Positions 31,671-40,182 of a stretch of 64,000 bases of DNA are shown in pieces. The notes beneath the pieces are model-generated. The model saw only the letters and a list, made by a program, of their open reading frames with translations. It searched no databases and was not told where the DNA came from. This DNA comes from an uncultured Bacilli bacterium. Lineage in GTDB: Bacteria > Bacillota_I > Bacilli_A > RF39 > UBA660. The stretch spans positions 47,732-111,731 of the forward strand of contig CAKPNA010000003.1 of assembly GCA_934168275.1 (NCBI GenBank). The letters are read 5' to 3'. Positions within the stretch are counted from its first letter, which is position 1. Every line of letters starts with the position of its first letter. The position numbers were made by a program, and so were the translations under genes.

Positions 31671-33326
31671 ATGGAAACCATAATAGTAACATTACAAAAT
31701 GGTAAAAAATTAGAATATAAAAAAGGTATTAAACTATATGAAGTACTAGAAAACTTAAAGAATGACCTACCATTTGATATCTTAATAGCGAAGTATCGCA
31801 ACGAATTTATTAATTATAACGATTCTCTAACTAAAAATGGTACTTTAGAATTATTTGATATAAATACTTCCCTAGGTAATAGAACATATGAAAGAGCCTT
31901 AACAATAGTCTTTAAAACGGCTGTATATGAAGTCTTAGGACCAGACACTAAAGTAATAGTAAGGCATTCATTAGATAAAGGCATATATATTGATATTGAT
32001 AAAAAAATAACTAAAGATAAATTAGAATTAATTAAAGTAGTTATGAAAGATAAAATAGCAAAACAAATTCCATTTACTAAGATTGAAACGACAATTCAAG
32101 AAGCTACTGAATACTTTAAAAATATTAAAAGAAAAGATTTAGTTAAAACCCTATTTTATAACAAATCTAACTATATAACTCTATATAAATTTGAAAATAC
32201 ATATCACTATGTTCTAGGACTATTACCAAATGATTCAGGAGTCTTAAAATACTTTGACTTAACATTACTAGAAGGTAAAGGTGTAGTTTTAAGATATCCA
32301 TCTATATATAATAATGGTAAAATAGTTAAATATACTCATCATGATAATTTATTTAACTCTCTAGAAGAATATGCTGAATGGGGAAGAATATTAAATATTA
32401 ATAACTTAGGTGATTTAAATGATTCAATAGTTAACACCAAACCAGGAGAACTAATTAACTTATCAGAATCTATTCAAGACTATAAATTATTAAAAATAGC
32501 AGAAACCATCAAGCAAAAAAGTAAAGATATCAAAATAATACTTATGTCTGGCCCATCTTCATCAGGAAAAACTACAACTGCAAGAAAACTATCTCTATAT
32601 CTAAAAACCCTAGGTTTAAACCCAATAGCCTTATCATTAGATGATTATTTCTTAGATAGAGAGGATACACCATTAGATGAAAATGGTAACTACGACTTTG
32701 AAAGTTTAAGAGCCATCGATACAAAATTATTTAATAACCAAATATCTAAAATGTTAAAAGGTAGTAAAGTAATAACACCAACATTTGACTTTGTAAAAGG
32801 TAAGAAGACATTTAAGAATGCTATTAAATTAGAAGAAAAAGATATCTTGATAATTGAAGGATTGCACTGCTTAAATGATGCTTTATTAGAAAGTATCCCA
32901 CGAAAAAATAAATATAAGATATATATTAGCCCATTACCATTCTTAAATATCGATAACGATAATAGAATTAGTATGACTGACTTAAGATTATTAAGAAGAA
33001 TGGTTAGAGATAATCGTGTTAGAGGATATTCCCCTAGTCAAACTCTAAAATCATGGGCCGACGTTAGAAAAGGTGAAGAAAAGTATATCTTCCCATTCCA
33101 AGATGAAGCTGATACTATCTTTAATTCAACATTAGCCTACGAATTAGCGGTCTTAAAAACTTATGCTGAACCATTACTATTCACAGTCCAAGAAGATGAC
33201 CCCGAATATGACACCGCCCTAAGACTATTACAACTATTAAAGTTTGTCTTACCAATGCCAAGCCAAGACGTCCCAAGCGTATCTATCTTAAGAGAATTTA
33301 TTGGTGGCAGTTATTTTGAAAGATAA
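31671..33326 (+). CDS. Long uridine kinase / phosphoribulokinase-family P-loop nucleoside kinase
   Basis: 551 aa. Walker A MSGPSSSGKTTTARKL in the C-terminal half, with DDYF and IIEG motifs of the Udk/PRK family, plus an extra N-terminal domain. Confidence 0.75.
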   Translation: METIIVTLQNGKKLEYKKGIKLYEVLENLKNDLPFDILIAKYRNEFINYNDSLTKNGTLELFDINTSLGNRTYERALTIVFKTAVYEVLGPDTKVIVRHSLDKGIYIDIDKKITKDKLELIKVVMKDKIAKQIPFTKIETTIQEATEYFKNIKRKDLVKTLFYNKSNYITLYKFENTYHYVLGLLPNDSGVLKYFDLTLLEGKGVVLRYPSIYNNGKIVKYTHHDNLFNSLEEYAEWGRILNINNLGDLNDSIVNTKPGELINLSESIQDYKLLKIAETIKQKSKDIKIILMSGPSSSGKTTTARKLSLYLKTLGLNPIALSLDDYFLDREDTPLDENGNYDFESLRAIDTKLFNNQISKMLKGSKVITPTFDFVKGKKTFKNAIKLEEKDILIIEGLHCLNDALLESIPRKNKYKIYISPLPFLNIDNDNRISMTDLRLLRRMVRDNRVRGYSPSQTLKSWADVRKGEEKYIFPFQDEADTIFNSTLAYELAVLKTYAEPLLFTVQEDDPEYDTALRLLQLLKFVLPMPSQDVPSVSILREFIGGSYFER

Positions 33327-33335
33327 AGGAGAAAT

Positions 33336-34943
33336 ATGAAAAATAATAAAATTTTATTAATAAGAATAATATTAACTTTAGTATTTGCTATGATAACATA
33401 CTATCTATTTTTACCTCCAATAAATATTCATAGTTTTGGCTTCTGGGCCTATATAATTGCACTAATTATTGTCTACAACATAACTAGCGTATTTAAATTA
33501 TTAAACTTTAAATATAGTAATATAACTAATATTTTTCATAAAAGAAATATTGAATTTCCAAAAAGTATAATTGCTATATTTATAATAATTGGTGGTACTA
33601 TCATTGCTAATTTTATAGCATCTCCATTATTTAACTCTAAAAGTTATGCTAATAGAATAACAATTAATGATAGTATTGAATTTACCGAAGGCATCAAAGA
33701 AGTAGATTTTAATACTCTACCATTACTTGATAAAACTTCTAGCCAAAAACTAGGTGATCGTGTAATGGGCCAAATGTCTGACTGGGTAAGTCAATTCTAT
33801 GTCAGTGATTTATATACTCAAATAAATTATAACAACGAAATAATTCGTGTCACACCATTAGAATATGCCTCAATAATAAAATACTTCTCTAATAGAAAAG
33901 AAGGAATAAAAGGCTATATAACAGTTAACTCTGTCAATGGTGAAGCTAAATTAATAAGACTCAATAAAGGTATGAAATATATGCCAAGTGCCTTATTTAA
34001 TGAAAACTTATATCGTAAACTAAGATTTAATCACCCAACAGAAATATTTGACACAGCCTCATTTGAAATAGATAACGAAGGTAATCCATATTGGATAGTA
34101 CCAACCGTATCCTATAAAGCAGTCGGTGTCAAAAAAGAAATAAATGGTGCTATTATACTAGACCCAATAACGGGTAAAAGTAAAAAATATATATTAGAAG
34201 AAATCCCAACATGGGTTGATCATATCTACTCAGCAAGTTTAATTATTGAACAAGTCGATGATTGGGGTCAATATCAAAATGGCTTCTTCAATACCTTATT
34301 TTCTCAAAAAGGGGTTATTATGACAACCGATGGTTATAATTATATAAGTCTAAATGATGATATATATCTATATACCGGAATAACATCAGTATCATCAGAT
34401 GAATCTAATCTAGGATTTATTCTATGTAATATGCGTACTAAAGAAACAAACTATTACAAAGTACCGGGTGCTGAAGAATATTCTGCTATGGCCTCTGCTG
34501 AAGGGCAAGTTCAACAAATGAAATATACATCAACCTTCCCATTACTAATTAACTTAAACGGTAAACCAACATATTTAGTAAGTTTAAAAGATAATGCCGG
34601 CTTAGTTAAAATGTATGCCTTTATCGATGTAACAGACTACCAAAAAGTAGTAGTATCTGATGCTTCACTAGGCATAAATAAAGCCGCAGCCAACTATCTA
34701 GCAAGTTATTCAACTAACTATAACGAAGAATTATTACAAACTAAAGAAATTACTATAAAGAATATTAGTATGGGTATAGTCGAAGGCAATAGTTATTATT
34801 ACATTATGGATACTAACAATCAAAAATATAAAGTATCATTAACAACTAGTGATTTATTACCATTCTTAATAAATGGTGATACTATTAAAGTATCTTATCT
34901 CGAAGAAGAAGAAATAATTAATATCGTTAACATTGAAAAGTAG
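33336..34943 (+). CDS. Hypothetical membrane protein with large extracytoplasmic domain
   Basis: 535 aa. Three N-terminal TM segments. Starts 10 nt after the kinase stop (AAGGAG RBS). Confidence 0.65.
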   Translation: MKNNKILLIRIILTLVFAMITYYLFLPPINIHSFGFWAYIIALIIVYNITSVFKLLNFKYSNITNIFHKRNIEFPKSIIAIFIIIGGTIIANFIASPLFNSKSYANRITINDSIEFTEGIKEVDFNTLPLLDKTSSQKLGDRVMGQMSDWVSQFYVSDLYTQINYNNEIIRVTPLEYASIIKYFSNRKEGIKGYITVNSVNGEAKLIRLNKGMKYMPSALFNENLYRKLRFNHPTEIFDTASFEIDNEGNPYWIVPTVSYKAVGVKKEINGAIILDPITGKSKKYILEEIPTWVDHIYSASLIIEQVDDWGQYQNGFFNTLFSQKGVIMTTDGYNYISLNDDIYLYTGITSVSSDESNLGFILCNMRTKETNYYKVPGAEEYSAMASAEGQVQQMKYTSTFPLLINLNGKPTYLVSLKDNAGLVKMYAFIDVTDYQKVVVSDASLGINKAAANYLASYSTNYNEELLQTKEITIKNISMGIVEGNSYYYIMDTNNQKYKVSLTTSDLLPFLINGDTIKVSYLEEEEIINIVNIEK

Positions 34944-34957
34944 CAATACTTTTCTTT

Positions 34958-35305
34958 TTATATATCAATATTACTATCTACATTAGCATTTATTGCCACA
35001 TAAAGAAAGGTAAAACCCCCAATAACATTAAAAATATTAGCCATTAAATTAGTATAATTTATATCACTAGGATTATTTCTATATTGATTATAACTATTAT
35101 TTAAAAAATAAAGATATATAATTACTAGTACTATAAAAATAAATATATTTATATTCTTACTATCTATTCCATCTTGATAATTATTATTAACAATACTATT
35201 CTTCTCATAATAATTAGATAAAAGTGCTAATAAAATAATAATTATATATATTACCCAAATAATATTCTCAATATCAATATTTTTAATTTGTATACTCTTA
35301 TTCAT
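34958..35305 (-). CDS. Hypothetical small membrane protein
   Basis: 115 aa, three hydrophobic segments, convergent with the upstream operon. Confidence 0.5.
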   Translation of the reverse strand: MNKSIQIKNIDIENIIWVIYIIIILLALLSNYYEKNSIVNNNYQDGIDSKNINIFIFIVLVIIYLYFLNNSYNQYRNNPSDINYTNLMANIFNVIGGFTFLYVAINANVDSNIDI

Positions 35306-35419
35306 ACTAAAATATATTATCGATAAATAAATATATAATAAAAATAGTAGATATCTTAAAATACTAATATTGAATATCTACCTAATTTATAGTATAATCT
35401 TAACTAAGTGAGGTGTATT

Positions 35420-36718
35420 ATGAAAATAAATACTCAAAATTTAAAAGGTACTACTGATTATTATGGTAAAGACCAATTAATAAGAAATAAAATAACAGAT
35501 ACCTTAAAAGAAACATTTATAAAATATAATTATCAACCACTAGATTCAACAGTATTATATAACTATGATATTCTAGCATATAAGTATAAAGATGGTGCTG
35601 AAATATTAAATGAAATGTATACTCTAACAGACCAAGGCAATAGACAACTAGGATTAAGATATGATTTAACAATACCATTCTGCAAATTTATTGCTAACCA
35701 AAAAGATTTAAGATTACCATTAAAAAGATATGAAATAGGTAAAGTATTTAGAAATGGCCCAGTTAAAACTGGAAGATGTCGTGAGTTCTATCAATGCGAT
35801 GTCGATGTCGTTGGCATAAGTGGTCAAGTAATTGAAGCCGAACAAATGCAAATGGTTGTTGATATATTTACTAAATTAGGAATAGATATAAATATTAAAT
35901 GGAATAATAGAAAATTAATGAGTGTGATAATTGAAGACTCTAATATTTCTAAGGATAAAGTAGAAGAAGTAATTGGTATTATTGATAAGATAGAAAAGAT
36001 TAGTAGACAAGAATTTATTAAAGAACTATCTAAAATAGAAATAGATGAAGAAACAGCTAATAAATTATTAGATAACTTTAATAAATCACTAACTGATTAT
36101 ATTGAAACATATGAAAATGATGAAAGAGTAGTAGCTTGTGAAGCCATTCAAGAAATAAAAAAATTATCTTCATATATTGAGAAATTAAACTTATCAGATA
36201 ATACTACATTTACTCCAACATTAGCTCGTGGATTAAGTATCTATACATCAACAGTATTTGAATTCTTTGATAAAAAAGAAAGATTAACTTGTTCTCTAGG
36301 TGGTGGTGGTCGATACGATAAAATAATTACCGACTTTATTGATGATGGTAATATTTATCCTGCTGTAGGACTATCATTTGGTCTAGAACCTATATATACG
36401 ATTATAAAAGATGAAATGTCTTCTGATAACTTAATAGATGTCTATATTATTCCCATGGGTACTGAAGTTGAATCATTAATGTTAGCTAGAAACCTTCGTC
36501 AAAACAATATTAATGTTATTGTTGAAATGAATAATCGTAAATTAAAAAAATGCTTTGAATATGCAAACAAAGAAAATATTAAATATGTCATAGTAGTAGG
36601 TAGTGATGAAATTCAAGAAAATATGTATACTATCAAAGATATGACTACATCAGAACAATTAAAACTACCATATAACGAACTAAAAGACTATATATTAACA
36701 AACAAAAACCAAGGATAA
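35420..36718 (+). CDS. hisS: Histidine--tRNA ligase
   Basis: Class II motifs. LKGTTDYYG, RYDLTIPF, KRYEIGKVFRNGPVKTGRCREFYQCDVD (motif 2), GGGGRYD (motif 3 region). ATG 35420 follows GTGAGG. Confidence 0.9.
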   Translation: MKINTQNLKGTTDYYGKDQLIRNKITDTLKETFIKYNYQPLDSTVLYNYDILAYKYKDGAEILNEMYTLTDQGNRQLGLRYDLTIPFCKFIANQKDLRLPLKRYEIGKVFRNGPVKTGRCREFYQCDVDVVGISGQVIEAEQMQMVVDIFTKLGIDINIKWNNRKLMSVIIEDSNISKDKVEEVIGIIDKIEKISRQEFIKELSKIEIDEETANKLLDNFNKSLTDYIETYENDERVVACEAIQEIKKLSSYIEKLNLSDNTTFTPTLARGLSIYTSTVFEFFDKKERLTCSLGGGGRYDKIITDFIDDGNIYPAVGLSFGLEPIYTIIKDEMSSDNLIDVYIIPMGTEVESLMLARNLRQNNINVIVEMNNRKLKKCFEYANKENIKYVIVVGSDEIQENMYTIKDMTTSEQLKLPYNELKDYILTNKNQG

Positions 36719-36752
36719 TTTATAAACCCTTGGTTTTTAATATAAAGTTTTT

Positions 36753-37220
36753 TTATTTATCTTCTTTCTTTTCTTCTTTTTTCTCTTCTTTTTTAGTTTC
36801 TTTCTTTTCTTCCTTCTTAGGAACTATATTTTGTTTTAACTTATCATTAATTTCCGTAGTATTCTTACATATAGTTATCATTAATAAAGAAAATTCAAAA
36901 CCAATTCTAGCAATAATATTACCAAATACTAATTGTACTAAAAATAGAACAAAACTTGTAGATATTAATCCTAATGAAGATAAAGTAATATAAATAGCAA
37001 CAATTATATATAAAATCTTTAATATATCTTCTAAAATTAATTTCTTAAAAGTAACAAAATCAAACAATTTCTTTGTATAACCTGTACACTTTTCATAATT
37101 CTCCTTAGTAAGTAAAACATAGTATACACAAATACCACCAATAATAGCAATTACCATAGAGATGATAAACCAAATACCAGCTTGTGCAACATTATTAAAA
37201 GAACTATCAATATTAAACAT
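36753..37220 (-). CDS. Hypothetical membrane protein with C-terminal Lys/Glu repeat tail
   Basis: 155 aa. Hydrophobic segments plus tail KKEEKKETKKEEKKEEKKEDK. GGAGGAG RBS on the minus strand at 37227-37233. Confidence 0.6.
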   Translation of the reverse strand: MFNIDSSFNNVAQAGIWFIISMVIAIIGGICVYYVLLTKENYEKCTGYTKKLFDFVTFKKLILEDILKILYIIVAIYITLSSLGLISTSFVLFLVQLVFGNIIARIGFEFSLLMITICKNTTEINDKLKQNIVPKKEEKKETKKEEKKEEKKEDK

Positions 37221-37384
37221 AAATAAATCACTCCTCCTACCATAAGTATAACATCTATCAACTAATATGTAAATTAAAAATGTAAAATATTTTACTTAAA
37301 TTTATTGTAAATAAATGTCTACCTAATATAGTAAAGTTTATGCTATAATAAAATAAAAAATTATTAGTAAAGGAGAAATGTATT

Positions 37385-38296
37385 ATGGATTTAAACTATT
37401 ACTTATATTTACTTGGTTATGCTAATACGCCTGATTTTCTTATTAAATATTTAGATACGCCAAGTTTGATTAGACTTAAGAAGATAGGATACTTTTGTGG
37501 AATGGACTATGCTTCTAAAGATATATATAATTTCAGTACTTATATAAGCCGATATACGCATTCTCTAACAACAGCTTTGTTGACATATAAGATATCATCT
37601 GATAGAAAAGCCACTCTTGCTGGACTATTTCATGATGTAGGAACACCATGTTTTTCTCATGTTATTGATTATATGAATAAAGATTATGCTAACCAAGAAA
37701 GTACTGAAGAATATACTGAAAGAATTATTCTATCTGATAGTTATCTTAAACAGTGCTTGTTTAAAGACAGTGTTAATGTCAATGAAATAATTGATTTTAA
37801 GAAATATAGTCTAGTAGATAGTGATAGGCCAAAACTATGTGCAGACAGATTGGATGGTATAATACTAAATTCTCTAGGATGGACTAAGACTATTAGTAAA
37901 CAAGATATAAAAGATATATTAAATAGCATAGCAATATATATAAATGAAGAAGGCAAGCAAGAGATAGGATTTACTGATTATGAAGTAGCTAGTAGAGTAG
38001 TAGAGTTAAGTGATATTATTGATAGATATTGTCATTCTAACGAAGATAATTATATGATGGAACTACTTGCTAGAATAACTAAATATTCTCTAGATAATGG
38101 ATATATGACTTACGATGACTTGTATCATTATACTGAAGAATACTTATTTGGATTACTATATAGTATAAAGGATAGAGTGCTAGAAGAATATTTATTAGAA
38201 TTTACTACCAAGAAAAAAGAAGATATCCCAATAACTAAATTACCTAATTTAAAAGCAAGAGTATTAAAGCCACTAGTTAATTCTAAGAGAATGTAA
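37385..38296 (+). CDS. HD-superfamily metal-dependent phosphohydrolase
   Basis: 303 aa. YTHSLTTALL ... GLFHDVGTPCFSH ... CADRLDG (H...HD...D pattern). Confidence 0.75.
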   Translation: MDLNYYLYLLGYANTPDFLIKYLDTPSLIRLKKIGYFCGMDYASKDIYNFSTYISRYTHSLTTALLTYKISSDRKATLAGLFHDVGTPCFSHVIDYMNKDYANQESTEEYTERIILSDSYLKQCLFKDSVNVNEIIDFKKYSLVDSDRPKLCADRLDGIILNSLGWTKTISKQDIKDILNSIAIYINEEGKQEIGFTDYEVASRVVELSDIIDRYCHSNEDNYMMELLARITKYSLDNGYMTYDDLYHYTEEYLFGLLYSIKDRVLEEYLLEFTTKKKEDIPITKLPNLKARVLKPLVNSKRM

Positions 38297-38399
38297 AAAG
38301 TAATAAAAGGAGAAATAAATATTGTTAATAAACTAATAACCATGATATAATAATACCATATATATGATTTAACATCTGTATTTAAAGGGAGGATTAACT

Positions 38400-38621
38400 A
38401 TGGCAAATGTTACAGTAGAAATCGATACACTAAAAAATGGGGGCAAGTATGTTCAAACTGTTTATAATAATATTGAACAAAGTCACGCTAGTATAAAGAG
38501 TTTAAGTATTAATGTGACATCATTCAAATCATTTAAAATCACTCTAGCAAATAAAATGACACAATTTAAAAATCATTCAAATATATTTGCTAAAAAATTA
38601 CAGAATGTGCCAATGAATTAG
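38400..38621 (+). CDS. Helical N-terminal fragment of a frameshift-split secreted hydrolase/toxin-like gene
   Basis: 73 aa, GGGAGG RBS. The frame of the next ORF is open from 38594, and an extra A in the A6 run (38592-38597) would fuse them. Confidence 0.5.
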   Translation: MANVTVEIDTLKNGGKYVQTVYNNIEQSHASIKSLSINVTSFKSFKITLANKMTQFKNHSNIFAKKLQNVPMN

Positions 38622-39307
38622 TGAATAAAGATAATTCAATCGGAAGTACATTAGCTTCACAATTAGAGTCAAAATCTTCAACAGATGGTGAAGGCGTAGT
38701 ATTAACATCTAATTATTCATTATCAGGTAATCTTGATTACACATATGACTCAAGTAATACAGGTATTAGTGTTGAAGAACTATATGCTAAAGCTGCAATA
38801 ATAAAAAATTCTAATTTACCAATAAATATAAAAGTAGTAAAAGCGGCAAAATTGCTTCATGAATATACACTCGGTTGGACATGGAATCGCGATAATCTAT
38901 CTTATTCAAATTTTAGGTCAACGTTAGAAATACCAACTAAGACAATAGTGTGTGCAACAGGTGTTTCTGATGCTTTATATCTTGCTGGAGCTGTTGGTTC
39001 AGTTGGCAACCAAGTAGGAACTTTTAATCCAAATTATCAAACAAACATTTTAATTACTGCTCAACAAAAAGGATGGCAGAGAATAGACTCTTCTAATTTT
39101 GATCAGCTTCAACTAGGTGATATTATTTTCACAGGATACAATGGATCAGAGTATGGCCATGTTGAATTATATGCTGGAAATGGCTATGCCTATTCATGGG
39201 GTAGTACTAACGATATGGCTAATAAAGGTCCTAAGTCAGTATCTGTTGCCGGATATCAAAGTGCAGGTTCTTGTGCTTATAGGATTACGACATCACAAAA
39301 AGTTTAG
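38621..39307 (+). CDS. NlpC/P60- or CHAP-like cysteine peptidase domain protein (C-terminal part of the split ORF)
   Basis: 228 aa from a GTG. Candidate Cys TIVCATGVSDALY and His GDIIFTGYNGSEYGHVELYAGNGYAYSWGS resemble the papain-like cell-wall hydrolase fold. Confidence 0.6.
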   Translation: MNKDNSIGSTLASQLESKSSTDGEGVVLTSNYSLSGNLDYTYDSSNTGISVEELYAKAAIIKNSNLPINIKVVKAAKLLHEYTLGWTWNRDNLSYSNFRSTLEIPTKTIVCATGVSDALYLAGAVGSVGNQVGTFNPNYQTNILITAQQKGWQRIDSSNFDQLQLGDIIFTGYNGSEYGHVELYAGNGYAYSWGSTNDMANKGPKSVSVAGYQSAGSCAYRITTSQKV

Positions 39308-39330
39308 AATTTAGTTTCTAAACTTTTTTT
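39301..39330 (+). terminator. Rho-independent terminator
   Basis: agtttagaa...ttctaaact followed by T7. Confidence 0.6.
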
Positions 39331-39418
39331 ATTAAACAAGAAAGCAATATAAAATAATATAATAGTTGATATAACCAAATTTATCACTTTTTCATAAATT
39401 ATTATGAGGAGTGATAAA

Positions 39419-39733
39419 ATGAATAATACTAATAAACTAACTGGCGTGGTCATTGATGCTGGGCATGGAGGTTCGGATAGCGGAGCTATTGGGGAAAATG
39501 CATATGAAAAAGATTATAATTTACTAATATCACAGTATATGTATAATAGACTTAAAGAATTAGGCGTTCCTGTTTACATTACTAGAGATGGGGATGAAAC
39601 CATAACGCCTGCTAATAGAACTAAGGAGATACTAGAGGCATTTGGTAATGATCCTAATGTGGTGGTTATATCTAATCACTTAAATGCCGGAGGAGGCAAT
39701 AATCATTGTGTAACAAATATGTATAACGATTAA
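39419..39733 (+). pseudogene. N-acetylmuramoyl-L-alanine amidase (Amidase_3), 5' fragment interrupted by the mobile element
   Basis: VVIDAGHGGSDSGAIG...YITRDGD...VVISNHLNAGG is the first half of an Amidase_3 domain. After about 39690 the ORF reads element-derived codons (NNHCVTNMYND*). ATG 39419 follows GAGGAG. Confidence 0.85.
39694..39714. repeat. Left terminal inverted repeat (P' arm of the presumed attP)
   Basis: AGGCAATAATCATTGTGTAAC. Its reverse complement matches 54526-54546 at 19 of 21 positions. Confidence 0.8.
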
Positions 39734-39753
39734 AGCCAAAAATATAGTAAGAA

Positions 39754-40104
39754 ATGGAGATTAGTTATAATATGAGTTACACAAAAGAAAAAGAATTAAT
39801 GGATGAAGAAAATATATCTGATAAAGAATTTCAAGAAAAGTATTTACCTTTCTATGATAATTTTGAAGAGTATATGATTAGATATGTGATACCAGATGCA
39901 GTGGCCTTTTATATAGCAAATAGTTATTCAAGAGGGTGTTTAGATGATAGTAAATTATATAATCATATCAATTCTGCAGTAGATATTTTTAACTGTAGAT
40001 GTAATATTGATGTAATACTTCCATCTATAGAAAAGATATTAAACATAAAATATAATCTAAAAATTACTGATAGAAATTCATTAAAGCTAGAAAAAAATTA
40101 TTAA
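39754..40104 (+). CDS. Hypothetical protein (first gene inside the element)
   Basis: 116 aa ORF followed by a strong terminator. No motif recognised. Confidence 0.5.
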   Translation: MEISYNMSYTKEKELMDEENISDKEFQEKYLPFYDNFEEYMIRYVIPDAVAFYIANSYSRGCLDDSKLYNHINSAVDIFNCRCNIDVILPSIEKILNIKYNLKITDRNSLKLEKNY

Positions 40105-40108
40105 ATTG

Positions 40109-40134
40109 AGCACTATCATGGTGATAGTGCTTTT
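40109..40134 (+). terminator. Rho-independent terminator
   Basis: agcactatca-tgg-tgatagtgct followed by TTT. Confidence 0.65.
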
Positions 40135-40182
40135 GTATGGTATAATAATTATATATTTATTTAGTTTAAAAGATTAGTTGAG

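Noticed and set aside
35306-35419. T-box leader upstream of hisS.
   Set aside because: The intergenic region is only about 110 nt and AT-rich, with no specifier-loop or T-box (AGGGUGGNACCGCG-like) sequence visible.
36753-36830. Apparent tandem DNA repeat (ttcttt/cttctt units); also the A/T-rich aaataaattaaa repeats at 14238-14300.
   Set aside because: The first is just the codon-level repetition of a K/E-rich protein tail. The second is short, low-complexity intergenic AT-rich sequence. Neither has CRISPR-like repeat-spacer periodicity.
36730-36993. Plus-strand 87-aa ORF rich in F/S repeats (FFSSFFSSFLVSFFSSF).
   Set aside because: It is the mirror image of the Lys/Glu-repeat tail of the minus-strand gene 36753-37220, which has a GGAGGAG RBS and TM segments. 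The plus ORF has no RBS.
39117-39314. 65-aa alternative-frame ORF within the NlpC/P60-like gene; likewise 51716-51955 within the recombinase gene.
   Set aside because: Both are same-strand overlapping frames inside genes with clear domain signatures. They have no RBS and no recognisable motif.
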